A stretch of 48,366 bases of DNA from Chlamydiota bacterium (lineage in GTDB: Bacteria > Chlamydiota > Chlamydiia > Chlamydiales > VGMA01). How positions within the stretch are numbered: position 1 is the first letter of the stretch; every line of letters begins with the position of its first letter. The position numbers and the translations under genes were made by a program. The notes beneath the pieces were generated by a model. It had not been told where the DNA came from. It ran no database searches and saw only the letters and a program-made list of their open reading frames with translations. This document shows, piece by piece, positions 33,949 to 43,140 of the stretch. The stretch covers positions 1 to 48,366 of the forward strand of contig VGMA01000001.1 in assembly GCA_016866575.1 (NCBI GenBank), given 5' to 3'.

Positions 33949-35880
33949 ATGTTCGGAAGATTGACATTAGAAGCTTTTCAGCATGATTGGATTGAATATG
34001 CCGCAGGACTTTCGATGGTCTTTGGAGCATTAGCTACAGTCATTTTACTTACTTATTTTCGCTTATGGAAATGGCTTTGGAAAGAGTGGCTTACGACAGT
34101 AGATCACAAAAAAATTGGAATCATGTACATCATTGTATCGTTCATTATGCTCTTTAAGGGGATTTTTGATGCGGTGATGATGAGACTGCAGCAGGTATGG
34201 TCTGTTGGTGATTCCATGGGATATATTACCGCTTCTCACTTTCAACAAGTAGCAACAGCTCATGGTGTTACGATGATTTTTTTCGTAGGTATGGGCTTGA
34301 TGTTTGGCATCATCAACATGATTTTGCCGCTACAAATCGGGGCAAGAGATGTCGCCTTCCCGGCACTAAATTCCATCAGTTTTTGGCTTTTTACTTCAGG
34401 AGCCATGTTTATTTTAGTCTCCTTGATTGTCGGCGAATTTGCAGGAACCGGCTGGACTTCATATCCACCTTTATCTGGATTAAAATATAGTCCCGGTGTC
34501 GGGGTAGATTATTGGCTTTGGACCATACAGATATCAGGTGTAGGGAGTTTATTATCAGGGATAAATTTCTTTGTTACCATACTCAAGATGCGCTGCCCTG
34601 GCATGAAGCTGATGAGAATGCCGATTTTCGTTTGGGCAAGTTTTGCTACCATGATCATGGTGATGTTTGCTTTTCCGATTCTGACAGCTACCCTTAACAT
34701 GCTCACTACCGATCGCTTGATTGACACTAAGCTTTTCACAACTGAAGCGGGTGGAAATCCTATGATGTATATCAATTTGATATGGGCATGGGGCCATCCG
34801 GAAGTATACATTTTGATTCTTCCAGCTTTTGGTATTTTTTCTGAAGTAGTTGCCGTTTTCTCAGAAAAAAGGCTTTTTGGATATAAGACCATGGTCTATG
34901 CGATATTTGTGATCACCTTTTTATCATTTATCGTCTGGCTACACCACTTCTTCACGATGGGATCTGGCGCTAGTGTGAATGCTTTTTTTGGTATCATGAC
35001 CATGATCATCGCCGTTCCTACGGGAGTAAAGGTATTCAACTGGCTCTTTACGATGTTTCAAGGAAGGGTACGACTTGACACTCCGATGCTATGGTTTTTA
35101 GGATTTGCAATCGTGTTTGTTTTAGGTGGTATGACTGGTGTGATGATGTCGATTCCAGCTGTAGATTTTCAGGTGCACAACACACTATTTTTAGTAGCGC
35201 ACTTCCACTCAGTAATTATAGGGGGGGTAGTATTCGGGTTTTTTGCCGGATATTCCTATTGGTTCCCTAAATTCACAGGAATCATGTTGAACGAAAGAAT
35301 CGGAAAATGGGCCTTTGGATTTTGGCTTAGCGGTTTTTTACTTGCCTTTATGCCCCTTTATTTACTTGGGTTTATGGGAGCAACTAGACGCTTAGATCAT
35401 TATGAACCTCAAACAGGCTTTTTCCCTCTTTTTGCTGTGGCAGGAGTAGGAGCCATACTCATTTGCATTGGTTTTGGCCTGCAAATTTTACAAATCTTAG
35501 TGAGCATTAAAGAAAATAAAAAAGATTTATCAGGAGATCCTTGGAACGGAAGAACACTAGAATGGTCAACTTCATCACCTCCTCCACATTACAATTTTGC
35601 TCATATCCCAGAAGTGCATTCTATCGATCCATTTTGGGAAATGAAAAAAGAGCCTGAAATGAAGAAAAAACCTCTTCATGAAATCCACATGCCAAGCAAT
35701 ACAGGCGTAGGTGTTTACTTAGGAGCTTTGAGCTTCATTTTTGGATTTGCGATGATATGGCACATGTTCTGGCTTGCGATACTAAGCGCTATTATTATGG
35801 TAGGGTGTTTGATTGCAAGGCTATATGAAAAAAACACCGAATATTACATTTCAGTAGAGGAGATCAAGCGCGATGCATGA
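33949..35880 (+). CDS. cyoB: Cytochrome bo3-type ubiquinol oxidase subunit I (heme-copper oxidase).
   Basis: 643 aa. Contains WAWGHPEVYILILPAFG, HHFFTMG and FLVAHFHSVIIGG. Confidence 0.95.
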   Translation: MFGRLTLEAFQHDWIEYAAGLSMVFGALATVILLTYFRLWKWLWKEWLTTVDHKKIGIMYIIVSFIMLFKGIFDAVMMRLQQVWSVGDSMGYITASHFQQVATAHGVTMIFFVGMGLMFGIINMILPLQIGARDVAFPALNSISFWLFTSGAMFILVSLIVGEFAGTGWTSYPPLSGLKYSPGVGVDYWLWTIQISGVGSLLSGINFFVTILKMRCPGMKLMRMPIFVWASFATMIMVMFAFPILTATLNMLTTDRLIDTKLFTTEAGGNPMMYINLIWAWGHPEVYILILPAFGIFSEVVAVFSEKRLFGYKTMVYAIFVITFLSFIVWLHHFFTMGSGASVNAFFGIMTMIIAVPTGVKVFNWLFTMFQGRVRLDTPMLWFLGFAIVFVLGGMTGVMMSIPAVDFQVHNTLFLVAHFHSVIIGGVVFGFFAGYSYWFPKFTGIMLNERIGKWAFGFWLSGFLLAFMPLYLLGFMGATRRLDHYEPQTGFFPLFAVAGVGAILICIGFGLQILQILVSIKENKKDLSGDPWNGRTLEWSTSSPPPHYNFAHIPEVHSIDPFWEMKKEPEMKKKPLHEIHMPSNTGVGVYLGALSFIFGFAMIWHMFWLAILSAIIMVGCLIARLYEKNTEYYISVEEIKRDA

Positions 35881-36460
35881 AGCATATCCTGACACCCATC
35901 ACGACAACTACTCAAAAACAATTTTTGGTTTTTGGTGCTATCTATTAACAGATTTCATGATGTTTGCAGCTTTTTTTGCAGCCTATGCTGTTTTGAAAGA
36001 TGGAGTAAATTCAGGCCCCTCAGGTAAAGATTTATTCAATCTTCCTTATGCGCTTATAGAAACTTTTGTTTTGTTATTTGCAGCCCTAACAAGTGGAATT
36101 GGCTCTATTTTCGTCCATAGAAGAAAGCGTAAAAGAGCCATAACTTTTTTTCTCATCACAGCTTTATTAGGCTTAGGTTTTTTATCTATGGAGTGGATAG
36201 AGCTCTCTGATTGGATACAAAGAGGGTATAGCTGGAAGTTTAGCGCTTTCTTATCGACCTTTTTTACGATTATCGGAACGCATGCTTTCCATGTCTTTTT
36301 TGCAATACTATGGGTATTTGTCTTTCTTATACCTCTATTTTTTAGACAAATCACAGATACAGATATTCGCCGCCTGAGCTGTTTGAGAATGTTTTGGCAG
36401 TTTATCTTTATCGTATGGGTTTGTATTTTCAATATTGTCTATCTAATAGGAGCTTTATGA
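35873..36460 (+). CDS. cyoC: Ubiquinol oxidase subunit III.
   Basis: Five-TM protein; FGFWCYLLTDFMMFAAFFAAY is typical of CyoC. Its start overlaps the cyoB end by 8 nt. Confidence 0.9.
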   Translation: MHEAYPDTHHDNYSKTIFGFWCYLLTDFMMFAAFFAAYAVLKDGVNSGPSGKDLFNLPYALIETFVLLFAALTSGIGSIFVHRRKRKRAITFFLITALLGLGFLSMEWIELSDWIQRGYSWKFSAFLSTFFTIIGTHAFHVFFAILWVFVFLIPLFFRQITDTDIRRLSCLRMFWQFIFIVWVCIFNIVYLIGAL

Positions 36461-36786
36461 TCGATGTAAGCCATAAGTGGAACTCTAGCTTTAAACCTCT
36501 CATTTTAGGCTTTATAGCAGCTGTTATCCTCACCATTTTTTCCTACTTAGCTTCATCTATGCTCTTGATAGCCACTTTAGCAGTCATTGAGTGTGTTGTT
36601 TTGCTTGTGACTTTTTTGGGACTTGGTCTTGAAGCAAAGCCTAGATGGAATCTATTGGCGTTTTTCTTTATGTTAGCGGTAACAATCATTTTGATTGGTG
36701 GCTCAGTATGGATCATGAACCACCTAAACTACAATATGATGCCTATGGATATGCAAATGCATAAGCAAATGAAAGGATCTCTTTAA
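36457..36786 (+). CDS. cyoD: Ubiquinol oxidase subunit IV. The ORF is open from 36394.
   Basis: From the ATG at 36457 (an ATGA overlap with the cyoC stop) the product is 109 aa with three TM segments, matching CyoD in position and size. Confidence 0.8.
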   Translation: MIDVSHKWNSSFKPLILGFIAAVILTIFSYLASSMLLIATLAVIECVVLLVTFLGLGLEAKPRWNLLAFFFMLAVTIILIGGSVWIMNHLNYNMMPMDMQMHKQMKGSL

Positions 36787-37238
36787 TCGTTATCGGCATA
36801 GTCATCTTCTTCAGATGGCTCACTTCCTATATCGAAATTTTGTTCATTTTCATTTTCAATAGAGTCATGTTGCTCATCAGGACCTGATTCTTGCTGCTCT
36901 TCTTGTAAAGGAGTCGACTGCTCTTCACCGCCATCACTTTGCATTTGATCTAGTGAATCATCTAAAGATTCATCTGCAATCAACATCGGATCATCTCCTT
37001 CATCGTTAATGAATTCATCTTCATCTTCGATGATTTCAGAAATTGATGCGATGAGGGGAACAGCAATTTCTAAAGAGCTATTTTCGGCGCTTAAGCTTTC
37101 AGAGTTTTTTTCAGATTCTGCAGCCGTTTTGCCGATAGGAGATACACTAGAGGTTGCATCGTCTAGCCTTGAAGAATTTTGTCTTGTACATGCAGTAAAG
37201 ACAAGAGCTAAGGGTAAAAATAGGTAAACTGTTTTCAT
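36783..37238 (-). CDS. Highly acidic low-complexity putative lipoprotein. The ORF is open up to 37280.
   Basis: MKTVYLFLPLALVFTAC has a signal peptide with a lipobox-like FTAC. The remainder is rich in D, E, S and Q. It is encoded antisense between cyoD and cyoE. Confidence 0.55.
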   Translation of the reverse strand: MKTVYLFLPLALVFTACTRQNSSRLDDATSSVSPIGKTAAESEKNSESLSAENSSLEIAVPLIASISEIIEDEDEFINDEGDDPMLIADESLDDSLDQMQSDGGEEQSTPLQEEQQESGPDEQHDSIENENEQNFDIGSEPSEEDDYADND

Positions 37239-37282
37239 AATTTTATTCCTTTTCAAAACGAATTTTGCCACAATAAACATTT

Positions 37283-38146
37283 ATGGAAAAGATTGTTCGA
37301 CAGTACGCAGTTTTAGTCAAGCCCGGGATTGTCGTAGGCAACTTACTTACAATGATTGCAGGGTTTGCAACAGCGTCTCAAGGTAGATGGGATTTTCCCC
37401 TTTTTATTTGGACCCTTTTTGGTCTTTCTTGTGTGATCATGTCTGGATGCATTTGGAACAATTTCATCGATAGAGAAATAGATGAAAAGATGGAAAGGAC
37501 CAAAAATAGGCCCCTTGTCACTAAGCAAATCCCTCTTTTTAAAGCGCAGTTGTTAGGGGCAATATTGTCTGTAATAGGTTTTTTTGCACTTTTCTTAGGC
37601 ACCAATATCATGGCCGCTTTTACTGCCATTTTTGGGCTAACAATTTATGTATTTGCCTATAGCTTTGGTAAATATCGATTTTCAGAATCCACACTGATTG
37701 GAGCAATTGCAGGAGCAACGCCTCCTGTTGTAGGATATAGCGCAGTGAGCGGAAGAGTCGATTTTGTAGCGTTTTTGCTTTTTTTATTGGTTGTTTTTTG
37801 GCAAATGCCCCATTTTTTTGCGATCGCTATTTACCGCTTTCACGACTATGCAAAAGCAAGTATTCCTTTACTTCCTATCAAAGAAGGGATCTTTATCACT
37901 AAAGTAGCGATGCTTGTCTATCTTGTGGGGTATGCTTTAGTTTGTATGATATTAGCGCCATATGTTCTCATCCTTAATATTGCGTGGATAGCATTCGCTA
38001 TTTACGGATTTTTTCTAAAAGGTCAAAACAAGGTAGACTCGATTCCATCGATTGAAGATATACAGTGGGCAAAAAAGATGTTCTTCTTTTCTTTGGCCGC
38101 CGTATTATTTACTTCTACTTCTTTAGTGATATCCAGTTTTTTATAG
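37283..38146 (+). CDS. cyoE: Protoheme IX farnesyltransferase (heme O synthase).
   Basis: UbiA-family motif NNFIDREIDEKMERTKNRPL, multiple TM segments, and a second Asp-rich region context. Confidence 0.92.
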   Translation: MEKIVRQYAVLVKPGIVVGNLLTMIAGFATASQGRWDFPLFIWTLFGLSCVIMSGCIWNNFIDREIDEKMERTKNRPLVTKQIPLFKAQLLGAILSVIGFFALFLGTNIMAAFTAIFGLTIYVFAYSFGKYRFSESTLIGAIAGATPPVVGYSAVSGRVDFVAFLLFLLVVFWQMPHFFAIAIYRFHDYAKASIPLLPIKEGIFITKVAMLVYLVGYALVCMILAPYVLILNIAWIAFAIYGFFLKGQNKVDSIPSIEDIQWAKKMFFFSLAAVLFTSTSLVISSFL

Positions 38147-39058
38147 ATGAAAAAAGAGCTTTTTGAAGTTTTTCAAGGAAAAAAAGAGTGGCAGATAGGC
38201 AAGGCAATCCCTGTAAGCAAAGCTTTTATTCATAGCGACTTAACTTCTAAATATCAAGGGTTGATTGGCGTAATCATTTTAGCAGGAGGCAAGGGGACGC
38301 GGCTTGGATTTAACGGGCCTAAAGGTGCTTTTGTCTTTCAAGGTAAAACGCTTTTTGCCCATCTTTTTGACAAGATGAAGCTTTACAATGTTCAAGTTGC
38401 TGTAATGACATCTGATGACAATCACAAACAAACCGTTGAGTTTTTCGAAAAACAGAACTATTTTGGGCTAAAAAAAGAGGCTATCGATCTATTTACTCAG
38501 CAAACAGCCCCTACACTTTCTAAAGAGGGGGTCTGGCAAGATCTTTCTACTCCGGCCGGTAATGGCTGCATGTATAGCGCTTTTCAAAAAGCTGGCTTAA
38601 TAGAAAAGTGGCAGGCCCTTGGTGTAGAGGCAATCAATGTCATCATGATAGATAACCCATTATCAAATCCATGCGATACAGCTGCACTTGGCTTAGTTCA
38701 TCAAGGTTTTGATTTAGTTATCAAAGTGGTAAAGAAGAGCTCTTTAGATGAAAAGACGGGTGTTTTAGTAGAAAAAGATGGCAAAGCCTATGTAAAAGAA
38801 TATTTTGAGCTGTCTCAAGAAGAGCGAAAATCAGCGTTTTTTTCTAATACCGGTATGTTCTCTTGTTCTTTAGATTTTATCAAAAAAGGGGCAGATTATC
38901 GTTTGCCTTGGCATTTAGTCCAAAAGCAAAACCACTACCAATTTGAAAAGTTCATTTTTGATCTGTATTGTTTGGCTAAAAAGTGGGCAGTTGTTGAGTA
39001 TCGAAGGGAAGAGGCATTTTTTCCGATTAAATCGTTAGAAGATCTGTTGTCTAAGTAG
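38147..39058 (+). CDS. UDPGP-family (eukaryotic UAP1-type) UDP-sugar / UDP-N-acetylglucosamine pyrophosphorylase-like protein, short form.
   Basis: Contains VIILAGGKGTRLGFNGPKG and PAGNGCMYSAF. It is only 303 aa. Its ATG immediately follows the cyoE TAG. Confidence 0.7.
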   Translation: MKKELFEVFQGKKEWQIGKAIPVSKAFIHSDLTSKYQGLIGVIILAGGKGTRLGFNGPKGAFVFQGKTLFAHLFDKMKLYNVQVAVMTSDDNHKQTVEFFEKQNYFGLKKEAIDLFTQQTAPTLSKEGVWQDLSTPAGNGCMYSAFQKAGLIEKWQALGVEAINVIMIDNPLSNPCDTAALGLVHQGFDLVIKVVKKSSLDEKTGVLVEKDGKAYVKEYFELSQEERKSAFFSNTGMFSCSLDFIKKGADYRLPWHLVQKQNHYQFEKFIFDLYCLAKKWAVVEYRREEAFFPIKSLEDLLSK

Positions 39059-39308
39059 ATTTTTTTTGAATCTTTTCAAGAAAATCAGACATTTTTTTCA
39101 TGATTTTTTGTAAATCAGGCGCTTTTATTTCCTCTTTTTTAAGATCCAAAGAGCCATTTTTGAGCCCTTTTTCAAGAGTTTTATTGAAACCTGCTTGCTG
39201 AAGGAGCTCTTTTTTTTCTTCCAAATGGGAATTATTTTTTTTGAGCGCTTGAGCCATATTGCACAGTATTCTAACGGTTTTTTCTAGATCGCTTGGCATT
39301 TTTTGCAT
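39051..39308 (-). CDS. Small Lys-rich helical hypothetical protein (85 aa).
   Basis: ORF only, with no motif I recognise. It overlaps the convergent upstream gene end by 8 nt. Confidence 0.35.
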   Translation of the reverse strand: MQKMPSDLEKTVRILCNMAQALKKNNSHLEEKKELLQQAGFNKTLEKGLKNGSLDLKKEEIKAPDLQKIMKKMSDFLEKIQKKST

Positions 39309-39531
39309 AGGCTTTCAGGGCTTTATTTTCTTGTTTTATAGAAGATAACAGAATATAAAAATAGGTTTTGTATTGTACTGATATTGAAGTGCCTCCATAT
39401 TTTAATCTATTCAATATTAGATGTTTTTGAGTAGTTTCATCTTTGTTGATTCCTAAGTTTCATTTCGATATACTACTTTTACTAACAGACTATATCTGTA
39501 GAGAAAGAGATCTTCTTTTACAAAAATTTTT

Positions 39532-39582
39532 TGGCTCTTTTGATCGTTTAAAGGATGGGTAATCTTTTTTATCAAAGAGCCA
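39532..39582 (+). promoter_or_regulatory. Long-range hairpin in the gpsA leader, just upstream of the RBS.
   Basis: tggctcttttgat (39532-39544) pairs with atcaaagagcca (39571-39582) with a one-base bulge and a ~26-nt loop. It is followed by tttta, then cggagg and the ATG at 39595. Confidence 0.3.
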
Positions 39583-39594
39583 TTTTACGGAGGA

Positions 39595-40596
39595 ATGATG
39601 AGAATTTGTTACTTAGGATGTGGAGCATGGGGACTTGTCCTTGCTAACGTCGCAGCAGAAAATGGGCATGATGTTACGATTTGGTCAATTGAACATGACG
39701 TTCTTGATAGCATAGCTAGTGGCAACGGGCATCCGAAATTTCCAAGCTACAAGCTCTCAGATAAACTCAAAATCGAAAAAGACCTTGAAAAAGCGATCCA
39801 AGAAAAAGATGCTATAGTTGAATCCGTTACGACAAAAGGGATTCGCCCTGTTTTCTCTAAAATTAGAGATCTTGGGGGGGTGAATTGCCCAATCATTCTT
39901 ACTTCGAAAGGGATTGAGCAAAATAGCGGTTTATTGCTGCCTGAAATTTTATTAGAAGTTTTAGGCCCTGATTATCAAATGCAAGTAGGCCAGCTGAGTG
40001 GACCGACACTTGCTGATGAAGTGATGGCAAAACATCCAAGCTCAGCAGTAGCTGCCGCGTATTCCAAAAAAGTTGCTGAAACCATCCAAGAAATTTTCAC
40101 AAGTCCCTATTTTAGAATCTACGTGAGTGACGACGTTAATGGTGTAGCTCTTGGCGGATCGATCAAAAACGTCATGGCCATTGCTTCAGGCATTGCTGAA
40201 GGTTTAGGCTATGGACATAACACAAAAGCTGCGATTATCTCACGCGGTCTTCACGAGATGAAAAGGCTTGCTTCAGTAAAAGGGGCAAGAGAGGAAACGC
40301 TCAATGGTCTTGCAGGACTAGGGGATCTTTGTGTAACGTGCATGTCTTCTTTATCGAGAAACTACCGCTTTGGCCACATGATTGGTACCGGCGTCAAACA
40401 AGATGCAGCAGCAAGCAACATCAACATGGTTGTCGAAGGGGCAAGCACAGTGATATCTGCAAAACAGTTAGCAGATAAATATGATCTTGAAATGCCGATC
40501 ACAAACGCAGTCTATGCTGTGCTAGTTGATGGACTTGATCCTAAAGAAGCGGTGAAAAACCTACTCACTAGAGAGCGTAAAGAAGAGCTGGTCTAA
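39595..40596 (+). CDS. gpsA: NAD(P)H-dependent glycerol-3-phosphate dehydrogenase.
   Basis: Contains ICYLGCGAWG, LSGPTLADEV and GGSIKNVMAIASGIAEGL. Confidence 0.93.
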   Translation: MMRICYLGCGAWGLVLANVAAENGHDVTIWSIEHDVLDSIASGNGHPKFPSYKLSDKLKIEKDLEKAIQEKDAIVESVTTKGIRPVFSKIRDLGGVNCPIILTSKGIEQNSGLLLPEILLEVLGPDYQMQVGQLSGPTLADEVMAKHPSSAVAAAYSKKVAETIQEIFTSPYFRIYVSDDVNGVALGGSIKNVMAIASGIAEGLGYGHNTKAAIISRGLHEMKRLASVKGAREETLNGLAGLGDLCVTCMSSLSRNYRFGHMIGTGVKQDAAASNINMVVEGASTVISAKQLADKYDLEMPITNAVYAVLVDGLDPKEAVKNLLTRERKEELV

Positions 40597-40623
40597 TAAA
40601 CGGTTTTTTGTAAAACTCCGGTT

Positions 40624-42144
40624 ATGGAAAAAGATCGTTTGCAATGGCGTAAAGTTGTCACTGCCGAAGAGATGGCGCGAGTTGAAAAACTAGCTATTGA
40701 AGGTGGTGACGCTAATAGCGAACATACCGGAGCCTTTTATATGGACAAGGCTGCAGAAGCGATTCAAAAGCATGTCCAAGCCTTTTGTGAAGAAAGGCAA
40801 ATCCCCAAAACACTCACAATCATAGCAGGCAAAGGCAATAAAGCAGGCGATGGCTATAGCGCTGCCTCTTTACTTTTAGAGCAAGGTTTCGACATAGTTA
40901 TCTATCAGCTCTATCCCCTTGACGCATGTTCTTTACTTTGTGTAGAAAGGGCCTCAAAATTTTTGAATTTGGGAGGCAAAGTCATTTTGATCTCCCGCAG
41001 AGATGAACTTCAAAAGCCTCATGAAGGGCTGATCATCGATGCGATGCTTGGGACAGGATTTACTGGCGATCTAAAAGAGTACATCCACGATGTGATAGAA
41101 GAGGTCAATCGCTGGAATATGTTTGTTATTAGTATAGACATCCCTTCTGGAGTGAGTGGAGATAGTGGAAAGGTTTCAAAAACGGCAATATTTGCAGATG
41201 AAACCATTGCTTTAGGGGAATACAAGGTAGGCCATTTTCTTTTAGATGGATTTCGCCACGCTAATAAGATTGTAATCAATAGCTTTGGGATGTCAGAGCG
41301 CTATCGGGCTAACTTAAGTCCATCTTTTTATCTCATATCACGTCATTTATTAGAAGATCATTGGCCTAAGAGATTGAGAGATGATCACAAATACAGTGTA
41401 GGCCAAGTTTTAGGTTTTGCAGGCTCATCATCAATGGCTGGTGCGGCGATCTTATCGATGTCTTCTGCGCAAAGAAGCGGCGCCGGCATTGTTAAACTTT
41501 TTCATCCAAAAGAGATAGAAGAAGAGCTCATCACAGCTCCTTATGAGCTCATTAAGCACTCATGGGATGATATGGAGGTGATTAAAAACGAGCTTAGGCG
41601 AACAAAAAGTGTGATTATAGGGCCTGGTTTAGGAAGAAAAGAGGAGGTCTTGCATTTTTTAAAAAACCTTCTTTTGATGATCAACGTGCCAATGGTACTC
41701 GATGCGGATGCCCTGTTTTTTTATCATCAATTGCCCAAAACGAATGCAGCTAAGATTTTGACCCCCCATCATGGGGAGTTAAAAGCTATTTTAGGTTCAA
41801 AAGGGGCTCAAGAGTTTGTCGATGAAGAAAATGTTACACTTGTGATCAAAGGAGCTCCTACGTTGATTTATCATCCCCATACTACGCCTTTAATTTGCCC
41901 ATACGGATCAGCCGGCATGGCGACAGCCGGAAGTGGTGATGTCCTTTCAGGCATTTTAGGCGCTATACTTGCTAGACAAATCGAGCCAAGGCTAGCAGCT
42001 GCGATGGCTGTGCTTTTGCACCAATTGATTGGAGAAGCTGCTGAAAAAGAGCTCACAGAGGATTGTATGTGTGCAGGTGATTTGATCAAATTTTTGCCTA
42101 ATGTTCTTTTAGATATAAAGAAGCATCGATCAAAGTCAAAATAG
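40624..42144 (+). CDS. nnr: Bifunctional NAD(P)H-hydrate repair enzyme (YjeF N-terminal epimerase plus ADP-dependent dehydratase).
   Basis: The N-domain has IIAGKGNKAGDG. The C-domain has KYSVGQVLGFAGS and AGSGDVLSGILGA. Confidence 0.9.
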   Translation: MEKDRLQWRKVVTAEEMARVEKLAIEGGDANSEHTGAFYMDKAAEAIQKHVQAFCEERQIPKTLTIIAGKGNKAGDGYSAASLLLEQGFDIVIYQLYPLDACSLLCVERASKFLNLGGKVILISRRDELQKPHEGLIIDAMLGTGFTGDLKEYIHDVIEEVNRWNMFVISIDIPSGVSGDSGKVSKTAIFADETIALGEYKVGHFLLDGFRHANKIVINSFGMSERYRANLSPSFYLISRHLLEDHWPKRLRDDHKYSVGQVLGFAGSSSMAGAAILSMSSAQRSGAGIVKLFHPKEIEEELITAPYELIKHSWDDMEVIKNELRRTKSVIIGPGLGRKEEVLHFLKNLLLMINVPMVLDADALFFYHQLPKTNAAKILTPHHGELKAILGSKGAQEFVDEENVTLVIKGAPTLIYHPHTTPLICPYGSAGMATAGSGDVLSGILGAILARQIEPRLAAAMAVLLHQLIGEAAEKELTEDCMCAGDLIKFLPNVLLDIKKHRSKSK

Positions 42145-42448
42145 CAAATTTTTCTATAAAATAAATTCTCTACCCTATAGATTTAATTAACATTTTCTTA
42201 ATGAATAAGAAGATTTAATGCATGTTGTGTCTAAAGAAAGTGTCGCTTTGTCTGAAATTTTTGCGATAAAGGAGTTTCTTTTCCATGAAAATTGAAAGAT
42301 ATAGCGAAAATCAAACAATCGATAAAGAGCTCTTTAGCTTATCATAAAAAAAATCAAAAGGAAGCAAGAGCTTTTCAGTTAAATAGTCATTGGCACTTAA
42401 GAGTATATACCCCATAATCTTTGGGTCTTAAAAAATAAGGATGAGAAT

Positions 42449-43135
42449 ATGTCAATAAAACCTCTATTGCTAGTGGATCCCCCCTTTTATCCATTGCCAA
42501 TTCCGGCGCAAGATTATGAAAAACAAGCTCTTTTTTCCTGGTGGTCTGATCATAAAATTGTACTAGAAGCTCAAATCGAAGTTGAGTGCTTGTATTTGAT
42601 TGATCGAATCCAAGAGATTTCGATGTGCATCATAGTCAACTTTATACAACCTGAGCAACAAATTGCTAGAAAAGAGATATTCCGTAAATACCAAATACTT
42701 GCTTCTAATGCATTCACATTAGAGCTTTTTGTTAGAATGTTTTATGTAGTTTCTGCTCTTGAATGGGCAGAAAATAAAGAAGAGACGGCTTTGATCGAAT
42801 GCCAGATCAATGAGGAAGCAAATGATTTGCTCTCTTTATACAAACTCACTCTTTTTCAGGTGGAAAAAAAGCTCTCTCATCTTTGCTATCGCTTAGACAA
42901 TGATGGGTATGAGCCGCCGGAAGATATAGAGATAAAAGTGAGCCTCTCAAAAAGTAAAAGCGTTACATTTAAAGAACCTGTTGAGGAAAAAACAGAATCT
43001 GATACACCTTTTGAACCCCAAACGAGCATACCTCAAGCGGAACTATTTACATATGAAAGAACTCCTGTAACAAATCAAGTAAGCTCTTGTTGCTGGATTC
43101 CTGGTTTTTCTAATTTATTCAGAAGCAACAGATAA
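42449..43135 (+). CDS. Hypothetical protein (228 aa).
   Basis: ORF preceded by aaggatgag. No motif I recognise. The C-terminus is SSCCWIPGFSNLF. Confidence 0.5.
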   Translation: MSIKPLLLVDPPFYPLPIPAQDYEKQALFSWWSDHKIVLEAQIEVECLYLIDRIQEISMCIIVNFIQPEQQIARKEIFRKYQILASNAFTLELFVRMFYVVSALEWAENKEETALIECQINEEANDLLSLYKLTLFQVEKKLSHLCYRLDNDGYEPPEDIEIKVSLSKSKSVTFKEPVEEKTESDTPFEPQTSIPQAELFTYERTPVTNQVSSCCWIPGFSNLFRSNR

Positions 43136-43140
43136 AAAGC

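Noticed and set aside
42285-42347. 20-codon ORF (MKIERYSENQTIDKELFSLS) with a GGAG 10 nt upstream, in the 304-bp spacer after nnr. The same spacer contains a 12-bp palindrome, aaagagctcttt.
   Set aside because: It is too short to support from sequence alone, and there is no conservation or expression evidence. It is noted only as something to look at if RNA-seq or ribosome profiling data exist.
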